Notes under the pieces: model-generated
What the model was told of the DNA's origin: nothing
Databases searched by the model: none
Seen by the model: the letters and a program-made list of their open reading frames with translations, nothing else
Shown here: positions 1 to 10,983 of the stretch, piece after piece
How positions within the stretch are numbered: position 1 is the stretch's first letter
Layout: each line of letters opens with the position of its first letter
Position numbers and translations under genes: made by a program
Source of the DNA: an uncultured Alphaproteobacteria bacterium
GTDB lineage: Bacteria; Pseudomonadota; Alphaproteobacteria; Rhizobiales; Beijerinckiaceae
NCBI GenBank assembly: GCA_963723525.1
Contig: CAVRRI010000027.1
Location: forward strand, 79,807-143,806
Reading direction: 5' to 3'
DNA length: 64,000 nt

Positions 1-362
1 ATCAGCCCCGCCGGCAGTCCGATGAGGAGCGCCAGCAGCGCCGCCGCCCCGATCAGCTCGAGGGTGCGCGGCAGGCGCTGCGCGATGAGCTCGCCGACCG
101 GGTTGCCGTCGATCAGCGACACGCCGAGATCTCCGCGCAGGAGACCCCACATGCTGTCCAGGTACTGCTCCAGGATCGGCCGATCGAGGCCGAGCTGCGT
201 CCTCAGCTCCTCGACGATGGCGGGATCGGGCGCGACCCCGCCCTGAGAGAGAAGCATCTCCGCGGGGTCGCCCGGCACCATCTGGATCGCCAGGAACACG
301 ATGGTCGCGACAATCCAGACCAGGATCAGGGCGACTGCGATCCGCTTCGCGATCCAGATCAC
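1..362 (-). CDS. Opp/Dpp-family ABC permease (DppB-like), 5' part; runs off the window start
   Basis: Manual translation from GTG at 362: VIWIAKRIAVALILVWIVATIVFLAIQMVPGDPAEMLL...LGLDRPILEQY...RGDLGVS...RLPRTLEL, a typical DppB N-terminus. Confidence 0.85.
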   Translation of the reverse strand, partial: MIWIAKRIAVALILVWIVATIVFLAIQMVPGDPAEMLLSQGGVAPDPAIVEELRTQLGLDRPILEQYLDSMWGLLRGDLGVSLIDGNPVGELIAQRLPRTLELIGAAALLALLIGLPAGL

Positions 363-378
363 GGCGCCGCTTCTCCCC

Positions 379-1895
379 TCAGCCGATCGATGTCTCCTCG
401 AGCGTGATCCCCGACGCGAAGGTCAGCGAGCCTGGAAGGTTGTGGAACCCCTCCACGGGCTTCTTCATCGCATAGCCCTGCGAACGCCAGGCGAGGCCCA
501 CGAAGGGCGCCTGCTCGAGCGCCTCCTTCTCCATTTGCGCATAGATCTCGCGGCGCTTCTCCGGATCGAAGGTCGAGCGTCCCTGCACGAAAAGCTCATG
601 CAGCCTCGGCGTCGACATGCCGTAGCTTCGCGAGATCGATTCCGGGAGCTCGGCATCGAGGAGGAAGGCAATCCCGTCTGGATCTGGGCTCAGCGCCGAG
701 TCGCCCACCACGGCGAAGTCGTATTGTCCGCGTCCGCCGAGCGTCAGGCGGGTGGCCCAGTCCGGCAAATTGAGCTTCGCCTGGATGCCGATCTCGGCGA
801 GGTGCTGCTGCACGATCTCGGCGGTCTGCTTGTGCATGCCGTATTGGGCGGTCGAGAGCAGCGTGCAGGGGAATCCGTTGGGCACGCCCGCCTCGGCCAG
901 AAGCTTCTTCGCCCGCTCCGGATCATAGCGCCAGTGGCGGCTGCGCGCCTCGTCGAAGTAGGGAGTGCCCGGCGTGAGGGGGATCCCCTCGAGGGGCGCC
1001 CCGCGTCCGAAGAAGGCAGCCTTGACGATCTCGTCGCGCCGGATCGCGAAGGCCGCCGCCTGCCTGACCCGGGCGTCCGTGAACGGCCCGGTGCGCCCGT
1101 TGAAGATGAGCCCCATGAACGGCCCGTTCGTGGTGACGAGCTTCAGCTTCGGGATCGTTCTCGATCGCGTCCATGGCTTGCCAGGGAACGTAGTCAATGA
1201 TGTCGACGTCGCCCGCCTGCAGCGCCGCGACGCGCAGGTTCTCGTCCGCATAGGCGACGAAGCGGATCGACTTGAGCTTGGGCAGGCCGGGCTTGAAGAA
1301 GCGGTCGAACGCCTCGAGGTTGATCGCGACGCCGCGCTCCTGGCCCTTGAGGACGTAAGGGACCGGCGCCGATCGGCGTGCTTCCGCTCTCCGTTGTGCC
1401 GCGGGCAATGATCGGCATGTTGAAGTTGGCGAACCACATCGGCACGGTGACGGTCGGCTCCTTCATCACGAGATGCACGGTCCGCTGGTCAGGGATCTTG
1501 ATCTCCTGCACGCTCTGGATCTCGGCCTTCAGATAGGCGGTCGACTTCTCGGCCGCGATCTGCTCGAGCGTCCACTTCACGTCCTCGGCAGTGACCGGCG
1601 CGCCGTTGTGGAACACGGCATCGCGCAGATGGAACACCCAACCGGTGTCGCCACTGCGCTCCCACCGCTCGGCGAGTTCACCGCGCAATTGTCCGTCCGG
1701 TCCGAACGAGGTCAGGCCGCGGAAGATCAGTTGCTTCACCGCCCCGGCCGCGGTTCCTGTGTGCCTCCAGGGATCGAGGTTTGGCGGATGGCTCGAGAGC
1801 CCGAAGACCAGCGAGCCCGACGCGGCCGCGAACGCCTCCATCCTGAGGAACGGGATGGCGGCACTCGTAAGCAGGAAAGAGCGACGAGATAGCAT
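379..1895 (-). CDS. ABC peptide/opine substrate-binding protein (SBP family 5) with Tat signal; split by indels
   Basis: ORFs 1194..1895, 923..1408 and 379..1437 join into one protein; N-terminal SRRSFLL twin-arginine motif; LRDAVFHNGAPVTAEDVKWT; YDPERAKKLLAEAG. Confidence 0.88.
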
Positions 1896-1919
1896 GGGAC
1901 ACCTCCTTGCCTGTCTTGG

Positions 1920-3577
1920 TTATGTGGCGCGGACGTAGATCTTGCGTGCCAGTTCCGGATCGATGCGGCCCTCCCGCACGTCACGCTCCACGAGTTCGCG
2001 TGCGCGCTCCTGCGGTGGACCGTAGCCGCCGGCGCCGGGCGTGATGATCTCGACGATGTCGCCGGCGCGCAGCAGCACTGCCCCGTCGCGGAACGGTTCC
2101 GTCCCCTCGCTGAAGCGGAATTCCCCCTTGCCGCCCGGCAACCCTCCGGCGAGACCCCAGGGGGGCGAGTGCAGGCGCGAGCCATCGAGGCCCACGCGGC
2201 ATTCCGCTTCCGCGCGATAGACGCGCCGCAGGCCCATGCCGCCGCGATAGGTGCCGGGTCCGCCGGAGCCGTCCACCAGCTCGTAGCGCAGCAGGGTCAG
2301 CGGATATTCGAGTTCCAGCGCCTCCACCGGCAGGTTCGACGTGTTGGTCATGTGCACTTGCACGCCGTCCAGCCCGTCCTTCGTGGCGCGCGCGCCCGAT
2401 CCGCCGCCGATCGTCTCCAGATAGACCCAGACGCTGCCGTCGCTCGGCCGCCGCCCGATGAAGCTCGCGGAGTTCACGGCGCCGTTGCAGGCCGCGATCA
2501 CCCGTTCGGGGACGGCCTGCGCCAGGGCGCCGTGCACTAGGTCGACGACGCGCTGGCAGGGCCCGATCCGCAGGTCGACCGCGGCGGGATGCTCGCAATT
2601 GAGGATCGTGCCCTTCGGCGCCGTCACCGTGATGGGCCGCGCCAGCCCGGCGTTCGGCAGGACAGTCGGGTCAACTACGGTCTTGACGGCGTAATAGACG
2701 GTGGCGAGCAGCGCCGTGTAGACCATGTTGAAGCCGGCGCGGACCTGCGGCGGGCTCTCGAAATGCAGATTGATCTCCTCGCCGCTGACCCTGATCTCGA
2801 CCGAGAAGGGCAGGTCGCGGTCGAGCGTCGGATTGTCGAACCGGTCGGTGAAGCGGTAGGTGCCGTCGGGAATGGCGGCGATCCCGGCGCGCATCTTGCG
2901 CTCGGCATAGTTCAAGAGCTCCTCGCCGGCCGCCAGCACCACGTCGCGCCCGTACTTCTCGCACAGCGCCGTCATGCGCATGACGCCCAGCCGGTTGGCG
3001 GCCATCTGCGCGCGCAAGTCAGAGAGCCGCTCGCGCGGCACTTGGCAGTTCAGCAGGATCAGCGCCTGCACGTCCTCCTGCAGCACGCCTTCCCGGTAGA
3101 GCCGGATCGGCGGGATGCGCAGCCCCTCCTGATAAATGTGGGCGTGGCCGCGGTCGGCGAAATCGGCATGGTGCGCGGTGTTGACCGCCCAGGCGACGAG
3201 ATCGCCGCTCGTAGAAGATCGGCTCGGCGAGCACGATGTCCGGCAGATGCGTGCCGCCGCCCTCATAGGCGTCGTTGCCGATGAAGACGTCGCCCGGGCG
3301 CAGCGTCTCGACCGGATGGCGCTGCAGGATATGCGGCAGGGTGCCGATGAAGCTGCCGAGATGCATCGGGATGTGCTCAGCCTGGCAGAGCGTCTGGCCG
3401 TTCACGTCGAAAAGCGCGGTCGAGCAGTCGCGCCGCTCCTTGATGTTGGTGGAGTAGCTCGCCCGCACGAGGGCCTCGCCCATCTCCTCGACGATGGAGG
3501 AGAGCGCGCTGCCGATGACCTCGACGGTGATCGGATCGACCTGGACCGCGTGCGAAACCGGAATGGATCTCGCTCAT
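1920..3577 (-). CDS. Hydantoinase B / 5-oxoprolinase subunit (HyuB/AgaF-like); split by indels
   Basis: DPITVEVI..., RASYSTNIKERRDCSTA, GGTHLPD, HHAD, QEGLRIPP, ETIGGGSGA, MTNTSNLPVEALE, TPGAGGYG motifs across ORFs 3377..3577, 3019..3483 and 1920..3266. Confidence 0.9.
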
Positions 3578-5630
3578 GAGGCCTCCAGGATCATGTTCAG
3601 ATAGGGTTCGACCCGCGCCGTCATGCCCGGCAGGATGATGGTCGTCGTGTCCATCTGCTCGACAATGGCGGGCCCGGCGATGCGGTTGCCTGCATCCAGC
3701 CGGTCGCGGTCGTAGATCGGGCAGGACACGAAGCCGCCGGCCTCCGGCAGCCAGACCTTGCGTTGGCCGACGATCGCACGCTGACGCATCCGGGCCGGCA
3801 TCGTCGCGCGGCTCGAAGCTTCGCCTTGCGCACCAGGCCTGCTGCCTCGACGCGGAACGTCACCAGCTGAACGGCCTCGCCCTCGGCGACGAAGCCGTAC
3901 ATGCGCCGATGCGCCCGGGCGAAACCGTCCGCCAGCGCGTCGAGCGTCGCCGACGTGATCGGTCCCTCCGGCACCGGGATCGCCAGCTCGTAGTTCTGCC
4001 CGGCATAGCGCATGTCCACCGTGCGGGTGAGCTGCCGGGCCTCAGGCGCGATGCCCTCTTCCTCGAACCAGTGCTCCGCCTGCTCGTGCAGGTGAATGAA
4101 GGCGGTGTTGATGTCGGGGAGGGCCGCCGTCGTCAGGATATGCAGCCGGGTGGTGGCGAAGTCGGCCCGCAGATCGGTCAGCAAGAGCCCCATCGCACAG
4201 AGGATCCCCGGCGTGCGCGGCACGAGGATGCGGCTGATGTCGAGCTCGCGGGCGAGACGCGCCGCATGCAGCGGCCCTGCCCCGCCGAAGGCAACCAGGG
4301 TGTAGTCGCGCGGGTCGTGCCCGCGCTGCACGCTGATCACCCGGATCGCCCTCGCCATATTGGCGGTTACCACCGCGAGGATGCCCTGGGCGGTCGCCAT
4401 CACATCCATTCCCAGTCTGCTCGGCGAGCCGCGCGATCGCCGCCTTGGCGAGGTCCTGTCGGACCGGCATGCGTCCACCCAGGAGATAGGTCGGATTCAG
4501 TGTCTGCAGCACCACATTGGCGTCGGTGACCGTGGGCTCGCTGTTGCCCCGGTCATAGCAGACCGGACCCGGATCGGCGCCGGCGCTGCGCGGTCCCACC
4601 TTGAGCAGGCCGCCGCTGTCCACATCGGCGATCGAGCCGCCGCCCGCCCCCACCGTGTGGATGTCGAGCATGGGCGCCTTGATCGGATAGCCGTGTACCA
4701 CCGCCTCGCTGGCGAGCCGGCACTGCCCGCCCTGCAGCAGTGCCACGTCGCTGCTGGTTCCGCCCATGTCGAAGGTGATAAGGTTGTCGAAGCCGGCCAT
4801 GCGGCCGACCTCCTGCGCCGCGACCACGCCCGTGCTCGGGCCTGACAGCACGGTGCGGACCGGCAGCCGCGCCGCCGCCTCGAACCCGATCACGCCGCCG
4901 TTCGACTGCGTCAGATGCGGCGTCGCGGACAGACCGAGCCCGGACAGGCGTTCCGCCAGCCGGTCGAATATAGCCCTGCATGACCGGCCCGAGATAGGCG
5001 TTTACCACGGTGGTGGACATGCGCTCGTATTCGCGGAATTCGGGCGCCACTTCGTGGCCGGCGCAAACATAGGCCTCAGGGAACTCCTCGGCGACGATGC
5101 GGCGCGCCGTCTCCTCGTGCTCGGTGCGGACGAAGCCATAAAGGAAGCAGACCGCCACGGCCTTAACCCCGGCCTCGCGCAGGCGGCGCGCCGCCTGCCG
5201 CAGCGCCTCTTCGTCGAGCTTGGTCTCCACCGTGCCGTCGTGGCGCAGCCGCTCGGGGACCTCGAGGCGCAGGTCGCGCGAGACCAGGACGGGCGGCTTG
5301 TCGGCCTGCAGGTCGTAGAGGTCGGGACGCTTCTGCCGCCCGATCTCCAGGAGGTCGCGAAAACCCGCCGTCGTGATCAGGCCGGTCGGCACGCCGCGGT
5401 GCTGGATCAGAGCGTTGGTGGCAACGGTCGTGCCGTGGCCGAAATAGCCGACCTCTTGTGGCATCGGCCTCGACCCGCCCCACCCCTTCCTTGACGCCCT
5501 GGGCGATGCCCCGCGAGGGATCGTCGGGCGTGGACGAGACTTTCCACACTTCCAGCCGGCCCGTCGTCTCCTCGAACAGGCAGACATCGGTGAAGGTCCC
5601 CCCTGAATCCACACCCACACGCCAGACCAT
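3574..5630 (-). CDS. Hydantoinase A / oxoprolinase ATP-binding subunit (HyuA/AgaG-like); split by indels
   Basis: MVWRVGVDSGGTFTD, HGTTVATNALI, REYERMSTT, SGPSTG, DMGGTSSDV, GAGGGSI, PTVTDANVVL, AFGGAGPLHA, DMRYAGQNYEL. Confidence 0.92.
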
Positions 5631-6255
5631 CCGAAGACCTCCCATGATGATCGACAAGGAACGGGTCCGGACCTGCGCCCGAGCAAAGTCACGTACTCCA
5701 TGTAGCGTCCGGGCCGCCAAGTGAAAAGAACAGCCTCGCGGCTGGATGACCGGAGAAGCCCGGTTCGGCCTTGCCGACCGAGCAAGGCTCCGGTCGAGAG
5801 CCTGCTGTGCAACGGCCTACGACGATCGAGTTTTCAGGCCGAAACGGCGACTCGGCGCCCCGGTCTTCGGCAAAGCTTCGCAAGACTTGCTCCAGTTCTT
5901 GGATGATCTCCACGCCATCAACGCAAGCCGCCATTTGCGAGGTCCGGCATCTCGAGAGACGACCTCGACAAAGTACCAGGTTGCGCCAAACCTCGCTATA
6001 CTTCTTCGTGTGAAGAGCGCCAGTGTCCAAGACGCGCTATCGGCTGGCGGCTGTCCAGCTCGGCCGGTGAGTGACGACTGCAGCCCTGCGCAGCCGGCTG
6101 TTTAATCGGCAGTGGCAATCGACTGAGGACATGCTCCGAGGACCAGCGCTCGCTGTCCTAGAACGCGCCGAGGCAGGCATGCGAATGCGCCGCGCTCGCC
6201 TTCGACCTCTGCCGCCCACCTGTGACCTTTCAAGCTCCTGACTTGAGGTAACCCC

Positions 6256-7575
6256 ATGAGGCCAGGCGTCGATCCCGTTCGGTCCGACATCGAAGTTCCC
6301 GCCCGTTCCGACGTGGTGGTGGTGGGCGGTGGGATTGCCGGTGTCAGCACCGCCCTCTTCCTGGCGCAGCGCGGCGTTTCGGTGACGCTCTGCGAGAAGG
6401 GCCGGATCGGCGGCGAGCAGTCGAGCCGGAACTGGGGCTGGGTCCGCACCATGGGGCGGGACCCGCGCGAGATTCCGCTCAGCATCGAGAGCCTCCGGCT
6501 GTGGCGCAACATGAACGCGACGGTGGGGGCCGAGACCGGCTACCGCGAGGCCGGCATCGTCTACCTTTGCGACACGCACCAGGACGTCGAGAAGCACAAG
6601 GCGTGGCTGGAACATGCCCGCCCCTACCAGGTCGACTCGCGGCTCCTCGGCCCCGAGGAGGTCGACCGGCTCTTGCCCGGCAGCGCGCGGCCCTGGGCGG
6701 GAGCGCTCTATACGCCGAGCGACGGGCGCGCTGAACCTGCCAAGGCGGCGCCCGCCATAGCAGAGGGCGCTCGGCGCTTCGGCGCCACGATCCTGACGGG
6801 CTGCGCTGTCCGGGGGCTGGAAACCCAGGCCGGGCGCGTCTCGGCGGCGGTGACCGAGAAGGGGCGTATCGCCTGCGGCTCGGTCGTGCTCGCCGGAGGC
6901 GCCTGGTCGCGTCTCTTTTGCGGCAATCTCGGGGTGAAGTTTCCGGCCCTCAAGGTTCTGGGCTCGGTGATGCGCACACAACCACTTGAGGGTGGGCCCG
7001 AATGCGCTGTGGGCGCCTCCGATTTCGGCTTTCGCAAACGGCTCGACGGCGGCTACACGGTGGCCCGGCGCGGCGCGACCGAGGCCGATATCGTGCCCGA
7101 CAGTTTTCGCCTGTTCTTCGACTTCCTCCCGGCTTTGCGCGTGCAGTGGAAGGAGTTGCGCCTGCGCGTGGGCCGCCGCTTCCTCACCGAATGGCAGGTG
7201 CCGCGCAAATGGTCGCTCGACGCTCCCTCGCCCTTCGAGAAGGTGCGCGTCCTCGATCCGGAACCGGCCGGATCCCTGCTCGAGGAGGCACGCGAGAACT
7301 TGTCGCGTGCCTTCCCCTTCTTCAGCAACATGGTCGAGGCCGAGCGCTGGGCTGGCCTCATCGACGTCACCCCGGACGCCGTCCCGGTGATCTCCGCGGT
7401 GGACGCCCTGCCCGGCTTCTTCATCGTATCCGGCCTGTCCGGGCACGGCTTCGGTTTCGGCCCGGGAGCCGGACGCCTCATGGCCGACCTCGTCACCGGC
7501 GCGCCGCCGATCGTCGACCCAACCCCGTTCCGCTACACCCGGTTTTTCGACGGCTCACGGCCCAGGCCGTACTAG
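6256..7575 (+). CDS. FAD-dependent oxidoreductase, D-amino-acid oxidase family (AgaE-like)
   Basis: Intact 439-aa ORF; GGGIAG FAD motif, GEQSSRNWGWVR, C-terminal SGHGFGFGPGAGRLMADL. Confidence 0.9.
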   Translation: MRPGVDPVRSDIEVPARSDVVVVGGGIAGVSTALFLAQRGVSVTLCEKGRIGGEQSSRNWGWVRTMGRDPREIPLSIESLRLWRNMNATVGAETGYREAGIVYLCDTHQDVEKHKAWLEHARPYQVDSRLLGPEEVDRLLPGSARPWAGALYTPSDGRAEPAKAAPAIAEGARRFGATILTGCAVRGLETQAGRVSAAVTEKGRIACGSVVLAGGAWSRLFCGNLGVKFPALKVLGSVMRTQPLEGGPECAVGASDFGFRKRLDGGYTVARRGATEADIVPDSFRLFFDFLPALRVQWKELRLRVGRRFLTEWQVPRKWSLDAPSPFEKVRVLDPEPAGSLLEEARENLSRAFPFFSNMVEAERWAGLIDVTPDAVPVISAVDALPGFFIVSGLSGHGFGFGPGAGRLMADLVTGAPPIVDPTPFRYTRFFDGSRPRPY

Positions 7576-7776
7576 CTAAGCTAATAGCCTAATGAGAAAC
7601 TACGGTGGTTGGAGCCGTGGCCGTTTCATCCCCTGCGGGTCGGCCCGGCCGGTGGCCCACTTGGAAGAAAATACCCGCGGCAGCGTTGCAGACACCCTCG
7701 GCGTCGATATTGCGATGCCACGATGGGCGCTACACGCTGAGTCTAGTCGGATCGACCGCAAGGGCTCCGACTGACT

Positions 7777-7908
7777 TCACAATAGGGGCGGCCGCTGGAA
7801 TCCGGTTGTTGTAGGCGTCTTGACGAAGATGCTGCGGCCCGTCCGCTCGTCGAACACGCAGAGGTCGGTGAAGGTGCCGCTCACATCGCAGCCGGTGCGC
7901 AAAGCCAT
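7777..7908 (-). pseudogene. Truncated hydantoinase A N-terminal relic (43 aa)
   Basis: MALRTGCDVSGTFTDLCVFDERTGRSIFVKTPTT aligns with MVWRVGVDSGGTFTDVCLFEETTGRLEVWKVSST of the 5630 gene, then stops; starts 4 bp after the stop of the PLP enzyme. Confidence 0.8.
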
Positions 7909-7911
7909 GGT

Positions 7912-8917
7912 TCAGGCTACCCTGTCACGGGTGAGGATATCCGCGAATGGAAACAACGCCGGAGATCCGCCGCAATGGACGAACAGGACGCGGCTTCCCT
8001 GCGCGATGCTGCCGCAGTCGCACGCGGTCGAGCAGACCCGCGAACGCCTTGCCGGTGTAGACGGGATCCAGAAACACGCCCTCCGCTTTCGCGACCTTGC
8101 GGATGGCCGCGTTGCCCTCCTCGCTCGGAATGGCATAGCCGGGGCCGACATAGTCGTTGTCGATGCGGATCTCGGCGGCGCTCCATCGCCGGGCATAGCT
8201 GAGCATTTCCGCGCCGGCATTGGCCATTGCCGCGATACGCTCGGAGAAGGGCACGGCTGTGGCGCTGACGGCAATGCCGGCCACCTGGGTGTCCGGCCAG
8301 AACATTGAGCAGCCGATCAGCAGTCCGGCCAGAGTGCCGCCCGATCCGACCGGCGCCACGATCACTTCCGGCACAGCGATGCGCGCCGCCGCATACTGCT
8401 CGGCAAGCTCCTTCACCGCGCCGACATAGCCCATTGCGCCGAGCGCGCTCGCTCCGCCCAGCGGGATGATGTAGGGGCGTTCGCCCCGCGCCAGCGCCTG
8501 GTCGGCGTGCAGCTGCATGCGTGGGTTGATCTCGGTGAAATAGGCGTCAGGGTCGAGGAAATCGATTTCGGCGCCGAGAAGATGGTCGAGCAGCAGGTTG
8601 CCCTGGTAAGAAGCTGGTCGGTTACCGCGCAAGACGAGCACTGGCCTCATGCCGAATTTGCGCGCCGCCGCTGCGGTCATTCGTGCATGGTTGGACTGAT
8701 GCCCCCCCGTCGTGATCAGAACGTTTACGCCTTGCGCCAGGGCATCGGCCATCAGGTATTCGAGCTTGCGCACCTTGTTGCCGCCGCCGCCAAAGCCGGT
8801 GAAGTCGTCGCGCTTCACCGAGAGATCGATGCCGAGTTCCGACCCGATGCGGTCCAGCTTTTCAATCGGCGTGGGCAGAAAGCCGAGCGAAAGCCTGGGA
8901 ATATCGCCTAGCTTCAT
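7912..8917 (-). CDS. D-cysteine desulfhydrase / ACC deaminase-family PLP enzyme; one indel near the C-terminus
   Basis: KRDD..GGGGNKVRKLEY (PLP lysine), QSNHAR, IPLGG, GSGGT, LDPVYTGK; C-terminus VLFVHCGG continues in the 7912..8274 frame. Confidence 0.9.
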
Positions 8918-8989
8918 CGCGGACCTCTTTGACTTGAATAGGCAGCGCGTCGACTCCAGTCAGCCGGGCAAAGACTGTAGAGCATGTCT

Positions 8990-9005
8990 ATGATATATGA
9001 TATAT
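8990..9005. promoter_or_regulatory. Putative GntR operator ATGATATATGATATAT (copy 1)
   Basis: Tandem TGATATA heptamers in the divergent promoter between 8917(-) and 9121(+); identical 16-mer at 17595-17610. Confidence 0.7.
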
Positions 9006-9120
9006 TCCAGATCTCGGCTGCAAGCGATTTTTCGGCGTTCAGCTTGACCCGGTGCAGCAGCTCGTTTCCGGGCGTGCGTTGAAGATGTGGCTACGATGGC
9101 GCGTTTTCGAGCGAGGCGAG

Positions 9121-10960
9121 ATGACGAGACCGGTATTCAGCGTCGAAGCACTGCAAGTCTCTTTCCGTCTGAACAACACATGGCGTCCTGTCGTCCGTGA
9201 CGTCTCCTTCGACATCATGCCGCGCGAGACGTTGGCGTTGGTGGGTGAATCCGGATCAGGTAAGAGCGTCACCGCCCTGTCAGCGATGCGTCTCCTGACG
9301 CCGGATGCTTCGCGCATCGAAGGCAACATCCGCCTTGACGATCGCGAATTGCTCGCGCTGTCGGAACGGGAAATGCGAGCCGTCCGCGGCAACGAGATTG
9401 CCATGATATTCCAGGAGCCGATGACGAGCCTCACTCCATCCATGACCGTCGGCGACCAGATTTCGGAGGTGCTCGTCTGCCACCGCGACATCTCGTTCCG
9501 CGAGGCGAGGGCCGAGACGCTGCGCATGCTGGAGAAGGTGCGCATTCCCGCCGCTGCGCGACGCATCCGACGAGTATCCGCACCAACTTTCGGGCGGCAT
9601 GCGCCAGCGCGTCATGATCGCCATCGCGCTCGCCTGCCGCCCGAAACTGCTGATCGCGGACGAACCGACCACGGCTCTCGACGTGACCATCCAGGCCCAG
9701 ATCCTCGAGCTGATCAAGCTCCTGCAAGAAGAAGAGGGCATGGCGGTCCTCTTCATCACGCACGACATGAGCGTGGTTGCGGAAATCGCCGACCGCACAG
9801 TCGTCATGTTCAAGGGAGAAGCGGTCGAGACAGGCCTCACTGAGGAGATATTCAGAAACGCGCGACAACCCTACACGCGCGCGCTTCTCTCGGCAGTGCC
9901 GCAGCTCGGTTCGATGGCGGGCACGAACGCCCCGGCGCGTTTTCCGCTGATTGACCCTGGTACCGGGCGTCCCGTCCCATTGACCCAGATAGAGCAAAGG
10001 GTCCCGCGCGGGCGGCTGCCTCTGCTCCAGGTTAAAGACGTGGTGACCCGTTTCAACACTGGTTCGGGGTTCTTCGGTAAGGTGACCGGCCGGGTGCACG
10101 CTGTGGAGAACATTTCGTTCGACCTGCACGCGGGTGAGACGCTATCGCTGGTTGGCGAATCCGGCTGCGGTAAGTCGACGACGGGCCGCACGATCATGCG
10201 CCTCACCGATGCTATCTCGGGCTCGGTTAAGCTTGAGGGGAGGGAGATCCTGGGGCTGCGGGAACCGCATCTGCGCGCTATGCGCCGCAGCATGCAGATG
10301 ATCTTTCAAGATCCTGTTGCCAGTCTGGATCCTCGCATGCGCGTCGGCGCTGCGATCGCGGAACCGATGCTCGTGCACGGGATCGTGGACCGCTCTGCAT
10401 CGAAAGACACGGTCGCCGACCTCCTGTGTCGGGTCGGCCTAGAGCCTGAAATGGCGAAGCGCTATCCCCACGAATTCTCCGGGGGACAGCGCCAGCGCAT
10501 CTGCATCGCGCGCGCGCTCTCCATGGCGCCGAAGCTGATCGTCGCCGACGAGGCTGTTTCGGCGCTAGACGTCTCGATTAAGGCACAGGTGATAAATCTG
10601 ATGCTCGATCTGCAGGAAAGTCTCGGCCTTTCCTATCTCTTCATCTCTCACGACATGGCGGTGGTTGAGCGCATCAGCCATAGGGTCGCGGTGATGTATC
10701 TCGGCGAGATAGTGGAGATCGGCCCGCGCGCGTCGGTCTTCGGCAACCCGCAGCATCCCTACACAAAGCGGCTGCTGGCGGCCATCCCGATTCCCGACCC
10801 AGCGCGCCGGGGCATCCGCCGCGCTCTCAGCAATGACGAGGTCAAAAGCCCGATCCGCCCCGTCAATTATGCGCCGCCGGCGCGGGAATACCGCGAAGTA
10901 GCGCCCGGGCATCGCGTCCAGATTTGGGGCGAGGAATGGACTGCAGCGCGCGTCGCCTAG
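9121..10960 (+). CDS. Fused double-domain peptide ABC ATPase (GsiA/DppD-F-like); one indel near 9565
   Basis: Two Walker A motifs ([16 protein letters not shown]), SGGMRQR and SGGQRQR signatures, ADEPTTALD; [16 protein letters not shown] resembles GsiA. Confidence 0.92.
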
Positions 10961-10983
10961 GGCTCTAGCGAGTGGGTGGCGGA

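Noticed and set aside
5631-6255. Short ORFs or a regulator relic in the hyuA/DAO divergent spacer
   Set aside because: No convincing family motif or operator copy found by eye; BLASTX would be needed
7912-8917. ACC deaminase (acdS)
   Set aside because: Lacks the diagnostic Glu (DPVYE) and Leu (HLGG)
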